A DNA stretch of 64,000 bases from Azolla caroliniana (lineage: Eukaryota > Plantae > Polypodiophyta): the NCBI GenBank assembly GCA_043228905.1, contig JBHGNT010000005.1:6944001-7008000 (forward strand), in the 5' to 3' direction. This document shows, one piece after another, positions 48,379-62,511 of this stretch. A model generated the notes under the pieces. That model was given only the letters and a program-made list of their open reading frames with translations. It had not been told where the DNA came from and did not search any database. Each line of letters begins with the position of its first letter. Positions within the stretch are counted from its first letter, which is position 1. A program made the translations under genes and the position numbers.

Positions 48379-50179
48379 TCAGAAATCGTTGGTGAGACGA
48401 AATGCCTTGGGCACAACAAGTAGCGGAGCTATCCGAGGGAGGGAGAGGCCCAACTTCTCGGACATATCCACTGCAGCACCGCCATGGACGGACCATTCGA
48501 AGCAGTGCGAGAGGTTTGAGACGCCTAGCTCCACAATGCTCATGGCGAGCCCAATGCCAGGGCACATTCTGCGGCCGCTTCCGAAGGGGAGGAGCTGGAA
48601 GTGGCGGCCGTAGACATCGACATCCGGCCCCGTGGTAAACCGTTCCGGCAAGAACTTACTCGGCTCCTTCCATACGGCGGGGTCATTTCCGATGGCCCAT
48701 GCATTCACCAACATCCTGGTTCCCGACGGAATCTCATATTGATAATGCGGCCCCCCATTCCCATCCCCATCCCCATCCCCATCATCCAGCTGCAAGGTGC
48801 ATGCCTCGGTGGACATGTGCGGGATGAGGAACGGCCCCGGCGTATGCTTGCGGAGCGTCTCTTTCACGACCGCCTTCATGTAAGGGAGCTTCGGAAGATC
48901 CGCTATCTCCACCATCCTCTCCTTCCCCACCACGCTCTCCGATTCCTCCTGAAGCTTCTTCAGCACCCGCGGGTTGGACAGGATCTCCGCCATCGCCCAA
49001 TCCAGCGTTACGGTAGATGCGTTGATGCCCGCCATGATCAATTCCTGCCATCAAAATTTTTAATAAACCTGAGCCAACAAACCTTATATACAGAGAGAGT
49101 GAGAGAGAGTGTGTGTGTGTGTCTGTGCTGACCAGCGTCATTGCTTTGATGCGATCTCGGGTGAGTGGAGGGTGAGAAGCCAGGAAGGCGTCCATAATGT
49201 GGGTGGACGCTTCTCCTTTATCCTTATCTCCTGCTGCTGCTGCTGCTACTGCTTCTTCTCGGGTGGAGAGGAGTGGGTCTAGGATGGCATCGACAGAGGA
49301 GAGCCAGCGGTCCATGGCACGCTTGCTGCTGAAGTCGAGGAAGCCCAGGAGAGGGATGAAGTCACCGATGAGGTTGGCGCCCAGCAGGAAATTACCTTCC
49401 TGTACCAGCTGGGCAAGGTTCAAGTTCAGGTTAGGGATTTCTTCTTCTTCTTCTTCTTCTTCTTCTTCTTCTGCTGTGGCCAAGTTGTTCTGCTTGGAGA
49501 GGATGACATCCGACGCGCGTTGGCGGAGGAGGAGGTGGCACATGATGTTCTCCACCAGCGTGGAGAGGCAGGCGGTGAGGTTGACGGGGGACCCCGATGC
49601 GGCAGCGACACGCAGGCGGCGCAAGAGGCATCGCGTGTGGTGGTGGAGGAGAGGGGAGTGAGTGTTGTGAGTGAGGTGGGGGGCGAGGACATGGGTGGCG
49701 TAGAGGTGGCGGATGGAGCGCCAGTCGGGGCCGTAGGACGTGGTGAGGGCGGCCTTGTCGCCGCCGTAGAAGAGGCGGCTGGAGACTTGGGTGGACGGCC
49801 GTCCGGCGAAGGTCTTGTCGTGGACGTGGAAGATGTGGCGGGCGGCGTGGGCGCTGGAGATGACGATGGTTGGGCAGGAGGCGAGGCGGAGGAAGAGGAC
49901 TGGGCCGTAACGATGGGCGAGGTGTTGGAGGGAGCGGTGCGGGGAGGAGGAAGTGAGGAGATGGAGGAGGTTGCCGAGGATGGGTAGCGGGAAGGGGCCG
50001 GGCGGTAACCGGCCGCGGCCACGGGCGAATACCCAGGTGAGCCATTGAGCCAGCGCTAGCAATGCGATTATACATGTAAGTGACACTACAATGAATATAG
50101 CCAAGGTTGATATGGTGGTGGTAGTGGTTACTAGGGCCAACAACTCCCTAGTCATTGACATGAATGCCATCATGTACAT
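48379..50179 (-). CDS. Cytochrome P450, CYP71 clan (A-type), 2 exons, ~570 aa
   Basis: Exon 1 50179-49133 (start uncertain; in-frame ATGs 50179-50155), intron 49132-49045 (GT..AG, phase 0), exon 2 49044-48379; TM anchor, LPPGP hinge, WxxxR, ETLR, PERF, FGSGRRMCPG. Confidence 0.93.
49439..49471 (-). repeat. (GAA)n microsatellite encoding poly-Glu in P450 exon 1
   Basis: In-frame run AEEEEEEEEEEIP. Confidence 0.9.
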
Positions 50180-50305
50180 ACCATTCGATCTATGAACAAA
50201 CACCAATACAGCGAAATGCTGTTTGTTGTGTTTAATGGCCACTCGCTATTGAGGAGTACCACTAAGTGTGCAATTCGAGTTGCGCTTTCTGTTAACCACC
50301 TAACT

Positions 50306-50306
<1 letters not shown>

Positions 50307-50344
<38 letters not shown>
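50307..50344. repeat. (CT)n microsatellite upstream of P450 gene 1
   Basis: About 19 CT units between a TATA-like ATATATAAG (minus, ~50372-50382) and the ATG. Confidence 0.85.
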
Positions 50345-50345
<1 letters not shown>

Positions 50346-50914
50346 ACCTTTCTGTTATCTATCTATACATACTTATATATATAGATATATCATATATGCA
50401 TGTCCCATGGAAAACCAATGCTTAAGTTTTACGGTGAGTTATGAGCCAATTTGGGCATGCGGAGGGAGGCATCGCCACGTCATCCATGATCATCATCATC
50501 CCTAACGCCTAGAAGACAAAGATGGTCCACATTTGTGGGTTAGTAAGTCGGGGCTACTTCTGCCAACCGTGGCTTATTCTCGTTCTTATGTCGTTGAGGT
50601 TATACATCTCTAGGTCGATGTGTTGTACATACTTGAGTCAATAATATGTGTACAATATAGATGGGTTCAATTCTCACTGGTTTAACTTGGTTGCTATTTA
50701 TAAATGGCCCTCCAATCATTGTGTTGGTTGAACTTTGTTAAGTTACCACTCTAATAAAATACTCTAGCTTACGAGATGCCACCATGCAATGTAAGGAATT
50801 TAATGCCTATCTAAATTCTAGTCTCCATTGGGCAACGGGTGTGACACTTGTCACTGATCTCTCTCTCTCTTTTCTTTTCTTTTCTTTTCTTTTTTCTTTT
50901 TTTTTTTTGGTAAA

Positions 50915-50959
<45 letters not shown>

Positions 50960-53900
50960 GAGTCACACGGGCATACACATGTATTTTATGAAAGTGTTAA
51001 ATACATATAATACATACAGGTCATAATTGACATTCAAAGATGATAAGAAAATGTATGTATCTATCGACCTACCACCAAGCCAAATGTTCAATGTGATATA
51101 AGGAAGCCAAATCCCCTTATTACAATATCTAGTTATACAAGGGTAATGCTCGTAGCTTCAAATACATGTGAAACTCATATCAAAGAGGCTCAAATTACAT
51201 GCACCAATCTAAATACTTTGGTGTTTGAGATCCACAGTTTACGAACAACGTCACCAAGGAACGTGTTAATTTGGTTCGCCTCAAACGTGAAGTATTGAAA
51301 TATAAGCAATAAAATGTGCATCGTGTTCTCTTATGAACATGGCATCATAAATATGTCTTAACTTAGAAACTATATGGTTTCCCCACATTATTTATGGTAC
51401 AATTTTCTAAGTAAAATGATGCACATGATTTATCACTCCCTCCAGAGAGATTTCAAAAGAAAACAAATAAATAATGAGCATTTGTTTTTTTCAATGGTCT
51501 TTCGTTGAGCCATGTAATATATGTATATATTATCAACTTAAAAGAGACATCCAACTTGAATTGTTTTTTCATGAGACTAAGTTGACAATCCTTGTTTCTT
51601 CCTTTTTCATATTCATCATTTCTCACCTGTAGAGAAGGTAGAGTAATATAAGCATTGTAACTTCCTCTCTTTGTTTTTTTTCTTTGGGTGGGGGGGGGGG
51701 GGGTAAGGGAAATGATCTTACAAACTACATCACTCTTGCAAATAGTACATGTCACATAATTGATTCATATAAAACAACTGCTCCCAACTATGCACAAGTT
51801 GCAACACCAATTCAGAGCATCTTTGGTTTCATGATGAAGATTCTAGACAACCATAGTTTAGTGAATGAATTGGCTTTTCTCTTTCTCTTTAAGGCAAATC
51901 GCCTTGGCATTGCAAACTTCAAACTTGGACACACTTTATTCATATGAATCTATGATAGCTTTTGGGTATGGGCGTTCCTTAGTCATTAATCCTCCAAGGT
52001 TAACGATTAAATATCCTTTGTCTACCTTCTTCCAAGGAGACATTTTAGATTGTGTTATATCCGCCTTATTGGATTGAAGGATCCCTAGTAAACATAGGAA
52101 AATTATGATCCCTAGTTCAACCAATGTCAATTAACGTTGGCATTATGATTTAATAGTTTAAAGGAAATTAAGGGAAATTCATCGCCCAAAATCAGACTAC
52201 TAACGGTGAAATGAAAGTTTTAATTAGAATAATTAAGAGACATTGCATTTATTCAATAACTTATGTGTAATCGTGGAGAGTTCACTTCTAGATTTAGGGA
52301 CCCTTGTCATGAGGAGGTTTGGTGATGCTTGTGTAATTAGAACTAGATGTAGCATTGTCAATTATTTAGCCCTTCTATATTAAGTGCAAAGATGACATCC
52401 AGAATTTGTTTTGAACATGTGTTTTTGACTATTACTCCGTTAGAGAAGGAAGAAACCATTTTCTTTCATTGAAAAGATAGATTGTCCCCATTGATCTCTC
52501 ACTTCATGTATCATGCTCGCCTAATAGTTCAATGCCCTAAAGATAGCGTTTGAAGATTTCTTAACCTAGAGATTTGAGCTTGACAAACACACATTAGTGT
52601 TGTTTTTGGCTTGTTGAAAGGGAGCATGGTGGTGATTGCTTTTTGTTTTCCTAATATTTGAATTCCCTTTGTTCTAGTAATCATATAATGATTTCAATAA
52701 TTGATTTTTCCTCTTCTTTATGAGAAATATGGCTATGATTATTTTAACATTTGATTCGATGGTGTTGTGCCTTGAAACTGTAGCTTGAAACAGTAAATGA
52801 CCACTTGTGAAAATCTTTGTGCAAAAAAGAAAATTTGGTATTCCTTTTTATTGTTAAGAGGTAGAATAACTTATACTCTATTTTTATTTCTAATTTCAAT
52901 TCCCTTGGTGATGGATGTGCTTTGGTGAAACCTCCACATTGTCTATAATTTATTGTTTTGTATGTGCTTTTTTCCCCACTTCATGATGTGTTGTTCTGGA
53001 AAATTGTTTGGTAAATCAATCAATTGTAGAGCAAACTATAAGTGCGAATGACCGCAAAGCCATGGCATGTGTTTCGGAAAGTGATTTGTAAAAATCAAAC
53101 TTTTTACAACAAACTATTACTATGGATGGCCTATTTCAAGTTCAATTAGTTTACAAACATCATTTTAAACTCCTGGTTGGGAACGATATCAATAGCAACC
53201 TATTTCAAGTTCCGTTAGTTGGAAATTTATTGATGCATATCACAAGCATGGGTTGCCCCAATATTGTTTAGAAAAGAAGTCATCTTTGGGAGAATTTTTC
53301 AATAATATAATCAAGTAATTTCAAGCAAAATTTGGAGGTAGAGGCAATGCCAGAATGACAATAAACAAGATTCAAATTTTGGGACTAAGAGATTTCCCTA
53401 CTTTGGCTTGACTATGATTGTCATCACATTATTACCAATTTTGAATCCTTAGCTTATTCTTGAATTGCCTTGGTTTGAGCTTAAAAATCTAGAGATTGAT
53501 TGGAGAAAGCAAACAATTGAAGTGTCCAAGTAAAATTTGAGTGATCAAGAAGTTTCCACAAAATAGCACTCCATATTCTTTGTTTGGCTTTACCAATATA
53601 GGATCTCCATAAAAGTTATACAAACAAGGACAGAAGCAAGAAATGGTTGTATTCACAATATTGGCAACCCACTACTCCACCACACAAAAGTTTGATGGCG
53701 AGAGGCAAATCAAAAAACTTGTTGGATTCAACAAAGAAAAGTGAATTAGAGGTACATTGAAGACCATTGTTGAACCAAAATTGTTATGAGGTTTTCCCTT
53801 ATTGTGGTTGCCACTTACATGTGATGGATGCTTGATGCTCTTCATTTGGTCATCATGCATAACTATGACAATGTGCTTCAACTCCCCCCAAAACCCAATT

Positions 53901-54634
53901 GAGTTGATCAACTATGCATTCTTCCATCTTATTCTCCATAATTTATTCTCCTCTTATATTAATGAGGTTGCTAGATTGCAATCACGCTATTTTACATAGT
54001 TTGCTTGTGTTGAAGGAAAGGCTTATCAACCATTTTCTTGTAGCTACTTACGTGTCATGAAGTACTTGACTTCAACTCTTCTTATACACCTTAACACTTA
54101 ATAAATCACATTTTAATTTAATACTCAACCCTCAACACGTATATAATCATGAGTGACCATGTCGTATCATCATGTTGACCTAGTTGGATGCCCATGTGCA
54201 TGGTAACACCAAGGTGTTAGTTAAATCTTTTAGAGCCCCCTAGGAGAGTGCCACATATCACACACATATTTACTTTACGTGTAAGAAGTTAAAGAATGAT
54301 TCTCGTGTGTGCGATAAAGAACATAACTATGTACTACTAAGTCTCTTGCTTCTAGAGAAGGAGGGGCTTTGATCCATGAAACTAAACGAATACTATAACC
54401 GTATTCTTTCTGAAATACCAAAATTTCTTCATATGGTATCAATGCACTAAAAATTTTGTGGGTTCCTCATATAGAACCGAGTTTGAACATTTAAGGATAA
54501 GGTGGACAAAGATGATGCTATTTCATTTCTTCAAATCATTGCTAAACATCATAGAAGCCTCTTGCCTAAAGAAGGCTAGACTAATGCTTGAAATGAAAAA
54601 CATGCTCACACAATACCAAATGACCACACACACA

Positions 54635-56386
54635 TCAATAATTATGACATGTCTGCCTGGCAAATTTCATTGAGAGTCGGAACGTGACAGGGACGGCAAG
54701 TAGAGGGGCTCGACGGGAGACGGTGAGGCCAAATTTCTCGGCCATATCTACGGCATTGCAAGGGGCTGCCCATTCGAAGCAATGGGCGAGGCTAGCAACG
54801 ACTAGCTCCACCATGGCCAAAGCCAATCCCATGGCAGGGCAAATCCGTCGCCCACTCCCGAAGGGCAGAACCTCGAAATGCTGTCCGCGCACATCTACGT
54901 GCGCGAGTGCCGGAGCCATAAACCTCTCTGGCATGAATGCCTCGGGCTCGTCCCAAGTTGCGGGGTCATTCCCGATCGCCCACGCATTCAACAACATTGT
55001 GGTTCCCTTCGGGAGTGTGTATATCTCCTCCACACCGCCTTCCTCCACCAAAAGCTCACAATCTTCGGTCGATAAGTGTGGCATTAACAAGGGCCCTGGC
55101 GGATGCTTGCGGAGTGTCTCCTTCACGACCGCTTTCATGTATAGGAGGCTCGGCAAATCCTCCATACCTACCATCCTCTCCTTCCCCACCACATGATCCA
55201 CCTCCTCTTGAAGCTTATGTAGCACTCGCGGATTCGATAGAATCTCTGCCATCGCCCAGTCGAGTGTCACGACCGATGTGTTGATTCCACCCATGATCAA
55301 TTCCTACAACAATGGTGATGCCTCCAAATCATGAATATGCATGATCATTCTAATGGTGCTGTGCTATCTACTGAAATAAACCCGAACACTCACCAACATC
55401 ATGGCTTTGATATGGTCTTTCTTGAGTGGTGGATCCAACACTAAAAGAGCGTCTACAATATCTCTCGGTGGTACTAGTACATGCTCGCCGATGATGGTGT
55501 CGGGGGTCATTGCTTCGGACACACGTTTCGAAAGGACAGCCTCCAAGATCGCATCGAATGAGCACAACCATCGGTCCATAGCACATTTGGTCTTATGATC
55601 GAGGAAGCAAAGCGAAGGGATGAAGTCACCGATGAGGCTAGCCCCGAGAAGGAGATTACCCTCGCGCACAATTTCTCCTAGGTGAATCGTGGACCCCGAA
55701 TTACGGGCAATGCCGTTGCCGTTCGGACTCGTGGCCGTTGAGATCATCACATCGCTAGCGCGTTGGCGGAGGACGATGCGGCACATAATGTTCTCCACGA
55801 GTGCGGAGAGAAGGGAGGTAAGATTTATAGGAGCTGTGGGTGTTGATGAAGAGATGTACAAATGATGGATCAGGTGACCAATCTCATCGGTTATGATGGG
55901 GGAATGGAGATCTTGAAGATGGCGAGAGCTGAGGACATGAGTAGTGTAGAGTTTCCGGATGAAGTGCCAGTGAGGACCGTAAGGTGCAGTGAGTGCGGTC
56001 TTGCCGCCTCCGTAGAAGAGTCGCCTGCTGACCTCACTGGGTGGGCGGCTCGCGAATACCTTGTCGTGTGAATGGAAGATGTGGCGGGCAACACGCGGGC
56101 TGGACACGACAATGGTGGGCGAGGAACCCATCCATAGGAACATGAGGGGGCCGTAACGTCGAGCGAGGGTGGCAAGGGACCGATGCGGCAACGGAGAGGT
56201 GATGAGATGGAGGAGGTTACCGAGGAGGGGTAGGGGCATAGGACCGGGCGGCAAATTCCTCTTCACGTGCCATCGTTGCCGGAGCACGGCCCACCCTAGC
56301 CATTGCCCGAATGTGAGGATGACAAACACAACCACAAGTAGCACCACTAGGCCCATTCCAATGTGTTGCAACTTTCCCATGTTCAT
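54635..56386 (-). CDS. Cytochrome P450, CYP71 clan (A-type), 2 exons, ~553 aa; tandem paralogue
   Basis: Exon 1 56386-55394, intron 55393-55304 (GTGAGT..TAG, phase 0), exon 2 55303-54635; LPPGP, ETLR, PERF, FGSGRRICPA. Confidence 0.93.
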
Positions 56387-56510
56387 GTTTTGGATGCCTC
56401 CTTCTACTTGGACAACAAAAATCAAATGTGTAGCTGAAATATCTTGACAACCTACTTGGACTATGAGGCAAAACTTTTGTGTGGGGTGTATGTATGAATG
56501 AGAGGATTCA

Positions 56511-56518
56511 TATTTATA
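56511..56518 (-). promoter_or_regulatory. TATA box of P450 gene 2
   Basis: TATAAATA on minus, ~125 bp upstream of ATG 56386. Confidence 0.5.
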
Positions 56519-58895
56519 TGTTGGACGTGGGTTCACCTCATTGTGGTCGAAGCTCCCCAACATGACAATGCATTCAATTTATTGATGGTTAAAAGTCATT
56601 ACGGTTAAATCTATCTTAGCAAATGCCACGTACCCTTCTCACTCAATGCTCACACGAAGCATAGCTAAAATTGGAGTAAAAGCTCGAGAAGATTAGAACG
56701 AAGAAAAGAGTGTTCGTGTGTGTCACATTAAGTGTATAATAGCTATAACATCATATAAAATCTATAGTGACACTTGTTTGATGTTCCCTATTTTTCTTAA
56801 CAATAAAGCGCAAACCTGATGAATCTTTCAATGTGTGCTTATCTAAAGCGAGAATAATTGTTTACATTGGAATTTAACCATTTTGCTTTTCAAAATGAAA
56901 AAGTAAGGTCGTTAAAAAAATTACAATTTGTTCACATCTTGGTGTGAGTGGATAAGCAATTAAGTGCATCATACATTCTTCTAGTTCAATTAACTTCTTT
57001 GATTTTGTTTACTATATTCTAACTAGCTCTAATATTTTCTGCATATGTGCGATCATATATGGCCACCATGTTTCCATAAAATGAAAATGTCTCTCATAAA
57101 TTCTCCTAATATAAGGACAAGTGTGCAGTTCTTGCACGTGTTGCTTCACAATGACAACATAACTTTATACAATAAAGCAAATTGAGGTTACGATTTTAGA
57201 ATCGGGATGTCGGCTACAATATTCAACCAACTCTTTCTTATGTTTTTTGTCACAAGAAAAAATTTATAACAACACCTCTCGTCATTTATGGGGTAATGTA
57301 GAAAGACTCGCTTTAAATTAAATGGGCACATTCTTAAACCGATCTGATTAATAATGATGAAACGTGAGTTACATCATGACCAATACTTAGCTCGATTATA
57401 TCATGCAACCTAACTAGATGATATGTAATTAGGCTATAATACAACTTAATTGGAGAACCATAATCAAATCAAAATAATCTAGCATTTTTCTAGCGTATTC
57501 TTATGGCTATAGCTATTTTGTGAGCTCACATTTTGTGATATGCAATGACTATATTTGTTTGGCTAAGGTTTGCAACATATACACATATTACTAACCCCAA
57601 CTAAGTCTTTATAATTTACTTATGATTGTTCCTGTTTCTATCATAGAATATGTTAATTCTTCTGCATCATAGAGTTCGTACATGATATAATAAAACCTTT
57701 CACAATTTAATTAGGGTAGCTTGGTAGTTGTACTCATATGGATCATTTTTTCTGGACTTTTGTATTGTTATGGATCATTATGTTAAAAAGTCTATGGATA
57801 AATCAAAATGCTATGAACTTTGCAAAAGGTGAAATTCCTCATAAACGTCCCATGGAGTTTGAAACTTTTTACCTTTTGTAACTCGAGTGCCCAAAGGACA
57901 ACAAGGTTGTTAGAGTTGCATCCGGAGAAGGTGAAATTTGGCACACAACAAGTTCATTACATGTAAACAAAATCCTTCTAAGGGAATTGGCCTATGACAT
58001 CCATGTGCATACTTTGTACATACTTAGATTGAATTATTGATGAGCAATATGGCTCAACGAAAATAATAAGGTTTCAATGATGTGCGATGAAGATGTAAAC
58101 CATGGTTTGAGACGTCATCTACATTGTTATGATGAAAATATAGACGTTGTAGAAGCTCATGAAAAAGAATAGATGAAAGACTTGGGAACCACACAACTCG
58201 TAAGGAGTACAACACTGGTGTAGAACTTAAAGAGATAAAGTAGAATAGAGAAAGAGCTCACAAAGAGGTTAAAACGGCTTGGCAGCAATATTTGTTGTTG
58301 AGGAGCATGCTAGTAACTATTCGAAGTACACGCTATTGGTTACTAACTTTTAATGTAAAGTGAAGTTTTTATATTCATTCAATTTGGAATGTCAACTAGT
58401 CATTAAGCCCTAGTCCAATAAGGGGTATGGTTTCCTATCTAAAAAGCATACATATATAGGTAGGGTGGTTGAGTGTCTAATGTAATCTTCTTGTTCATGC
58501 TGAAAAAGAGAAAGAAAAAGAAACCCCATGAAATGCCAATGTCATGACTCATAACTAATATAAAATAAGAGTACATAGGTAGTATCAAGGCATAACTTTT
58601 TGCACTATCATTTCTTGTTTTTACGTGCTTTTTGCACCAGCACTTCCTACTTTCTCATGTACCTAGATCTTGCATGCTATTTAATAAGACATTGGGGTAG
58701 TTTGGTAAATTTGGAACTTCCAGGGGCATTATGGTAAATAGACAAACTTCCAAGGGTATCCTGGTACTTTTCCCTAAATTTTAACCCTAATCTAAAAAGA
58801 TATCTTTGGGTAGGTGTATTTCCATCAATGTTATGATGAAAACTATTTGTTTCTCATTTTCATGATTGTGGTTGTCAACAATGTCAACAATTCAA

Positions 58896-59188
58896 TATAA
58901 GAAGAAGAAGATTAAGAATCGTGAGTGATGTAGGTGATGTTGTGCAGTGGAAGTAAATTGTGTGTATGTGTGTGTACGTAAGACAAGCAAAGAGAGAGCT
59001 TTGAACAAGAAGCTTTATTAGTAAAAATAGAATTGTATCCAACAGTAACTAAGTTACAAGGGGTTGGTTTAAATACCAACTACTTTAGGGCAAGTGCCCT
59101 TTCTACTAATTACAATACTAGCCTAGTATGATGTCCACTGGCTAGTGTGAACACATTATCTATGGGAAGTTGAGTTCGATTCTCAACA
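58896..59188 (-). mobile_element. Possible short solo LTR
   Basis: Minus strand begins TGTTGAGAATCGAACTCAACTTCCC, also present at 44129-44182; no TSD found. Confidence 0.3.
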
Positions 59189-59194
59189 AAGGCT

Positions 59195-60605
59195 TAATTG
59201 GTTTAGCCAAACCGATTACTAAACCGGTTTACGAATTGGTTCGGTTCAAGTTGGAAAATTTCCAAACCAGTTAAGGCTTAACCGGTTTTGTTTGGACAAG
59301 GCCAAATCGACTAAGCTGAAACTGAATTGTTGTCAATTACAAATTGAAACATGCAATCTAGCTATTCAACAATAATTTGTACGGTAAAACTATTCAACCA
59401 TATCATTCTGTGGGACATGTCCTTCTTGTCAATCATGACATGGGTCACTTCCATGATATGGCAATTCTTTTGTTCCAATACCATGTTGTTGTGGCATGTA
59501 TTAGTATTAGATGTAATACTGGACTATTGAGCTCTTGAGGAATTTCATGAACTTATTGAAGTATTCTTCATTGTCGTTGCACCTACAAATGAAATGGTTC
59601 ATCAATGAACAACGTTGACAATATCATAAGATTGCATATTGAAGATTATATCGAAAATATTGCTTCATTCTTTGATAACATGAGAAGAATTAGACAAGTA
59701 GCTCCACTATGAACTAAATAAGATTTAGTAGTCGTCTCTCCTTCAAAAACCTTCCAAAGGATCACATAACATGTAAAAACATTTTGAAAGAGTCATTTGA
59801 AGTGCTCATCCAAGACAAAACATAATATACACCATACTCAATATGCTAGATATATAGTTATATAACAATTATAATATACAAAGTAGTTTCCTAGATTGTA
59901 GCACTTCACAACGAGGATTCGGTGCATTGCAAACATATGTAATGTTTACCAAGTATTTTCTTTTTTTAGGATTAGTACACAATGGAAGATATGATGATTG
60001 TCCACTCGTCTAAGTCCTTAAAAAATGTCACATAACATACAAAAAATGTTTTGAAAGAGCTATAGGACTCGAATAAATATATTTTACCCATCAACATGCT
60101 CATGTCGATCCAAATAATAATTAAGGGTAGCAAGGTGATTTGTGCAATGGACAAGGGCAAAATACATCTCTTATGCATAGACAAATACTATTGTAAACTA
60201 TTCACTAAACAAAGCATAACATATGGTATATGTATATGATATAAGGATTATGATCTACAATGTAGGCTCATAGCTAGGAACAAGAAAAAAGGATGATTCT
60301 CATTACTTTGCAAGGATACAACCCTCGTTTACTCAAATCATATGGTATACTAACAATCGGCAACGGTTCGGTTCGGTTCGGTTCGAAAGTCTCAAACCCA
60401 AACCGGTTCAAACTGAACTCTTAAGAAAATGTTGTAACCTAAACCGAATTGAACCGAACCACAAAACCGTCTAAACCGAAACCATTGAAACCGAACCGTT
60501 TACACAAAATTCAAACCTGAACCAAATGGTTCTAGAAGTACTAGAACCATTAAACCGTTAAACTGGTTAAACCGTGGTTTAGCGGTTCGGTTTTGGTTTT
60601 GGTAT
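59195..60605. repeat. AAACCG/CGGTTT-rich clusters (59195-59330 and 60355-60605), resembling subterminal repeats of plant hAT/MITE elements
   Basis: Dense GGTTC/AACCG pentamers in both orientations; no TIR or TSD resolved. Confidence 0.45.
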
Positions 60606-60735
60606 GAAATAAATTATTAATGTTTTTTCTCAATGCATTATGAACTTAACAAGTTATATCAATTGGCCATTATAATGATACATAAAACTTTAAATAAGAA
60701 CAATTTTCTTATGCGGAAAGTTTCTCATATGCAAC

Positions 60736-60888
60736 GATGAAAATTGGAACAACAAGAGCACCAATAAGTGCACCCATAATCCATTTGATGAAAATTGCAA
60801 CAACAAGAGCACCAATAAGTCCACCCATAATCCATTCGATGAAAATTGCAACAACAAGAGCACCAATAAGTCCACCCATAATCCATTT
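60736..60888. repeat. Three copies of a 51-bp tandem repeat
   Basis: GATGAAAATTG at 60736, 60787 and 60838. Confidence 0.92.
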
Positions 60889-62511
60889 GTTGCGACTCAT
60901 TCTTCATGTCATGGATATTAAAATCTTCTTACTCTTGCCAATGTTGTCATCCACATCACCAAGCTACAATATCAAAAGCAACATCCTCAAAAAATTAGCA
61001 TAGATACATAAGAAAGAATCAAAATATTAAGAGAACAAATTCTTAATTTTAAAGTCAATGGTCATTGGTAACATAATGTACCTAGCATCTCCTTCAATCA
61101 TCTGAAAAGTTTCACCAAATGGATGAAATGGCTGAGGTTAAGACTTAAACTATATTGCATCGATGACACCTCAACCAAAGTTTACATGATTCCATGTGAT
61201 TCACCTGCACTATCTTCTACATTGACTACTAATTAAATATATTGTTGTTTTTTGTTAGCTTCTATAACAACTATCCTTCAAAGAATTCCTTACATCCTTG
61301 GTTTTATACATTTAGTGTCTTAGTAACTTCAATATAGCCAAAACTTGCAAGTGGTACTTGGAATTGCAGGTGTAAACACATCTCTTCAATTATCCTCTCT
61401 AATTAATCTGGTCTCCATATCCTCCAGCAATGGAGAAGATAGGTCTTATCAATACTATTGCAATACACATATAGGTAAGAGAATCCAATGCATACTGAAA
61501 GTAAAACATTTTTTTCCTTGACATCAATAAAAACGATCTTACTGCATGAAAATGTATTTCTAATCTAGCTTCACTAATACTAAAAACCTTGAAATGTAAT
61601 CATGAACAAATCAACCAGAGACAATATCTCCATTTAGAGAGTAGCAAAGTAGAAAAACTATATATTGTCGTACCTTATCTTGTGCATGAAGGAGTGTTTG
61701 TCTTTGTTGATGGAGATCTTGCAATATGGAAACACCAAGCTCCTCAGTTTCCCAGGTATACTAAAATACATATATAAGTTGGTGTTAGTTTGGAACATCA
61801 TATTTGTATGCCAAAGCTCAATTCGTGGATGGTCCAACTTTAGAGAAGCTTGTGAAGATTGCTTGTCAAACAACAGAAAGCATAAAGGATTCCTAATCTA
61901 CAAAACGGATGCATCATATGATTTTGATGTACATCATGCTTACATTGGCTTTCAAAATTTTGAAATTGTCTTTTATTTCTTAATAAAATTTTACATTGGA
62001 AGAATGACAAGATTCTTTGCCCACTAGCCCACTGACCATAGTTCCAAGAGAGTAGAGCTAATATGCAAACATATTGACCCAATCTTTGGCATCATAAGCT
62101 AGTTTGTTGAGAAAGGAGAGTGGAATATTATTACTTGTCCACTACACGTAATATAAAAAGTTTCTTCTCTCACACTTATATCAAAGGGTGGAAGTTAATA
62201 CATGTTCCTAGACAAAATGTGGTCACAACATAGACCCTTCTTATATGTTTATAAATGTGTCCCTACATGTAAAGAATCTCAAAATAGACTATGCAATCCA
62301 ACCACACAACATACATTGTCACAAAACCACATGATTTTCTTAATGGCCATGACAAGGAGCACCGTGAAAGGAAAGTTACATGGTGATTTATATAAGGCTC
62401 AGGACTAACCAAAGTATCTAAAATAGAATGATTAATCTCATTGGAAAATACTCAAGTGAACTACCTATCGTGAGAAAACTTGCTCAACACCAAATTTGGA
62501 GTACTTGAAAA

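Noticed and set aside
48782-50242. 486-aa single-exon ORF and upstream starts (50242; 56563 for gene 2)
   Set aside because: Read-through into the intron; 50242 is a non-ATG start, and the gene 2 extension lies upstream of its TATA box
51000-54400. Decayed LINE or transposase between the P450 genes (and at 61000-62400)
   Set aside because: AT-rich with no motif I could read reliably; needs a translated homology search
59131-59188. tRNA gene or SINE head (GTTGAG-TTCGATT-CTCAAC T-loop-like hairpin; also 44129-44182)
   Set aside because: No cloverleaf or anticodon arm; better explained as an LTR terminus TGTTGAGAATC on the minus strand
60690-61003. Small membrane or Cys-rich proteins
   Set aside because: By-products of the 51-bp tandem repeat
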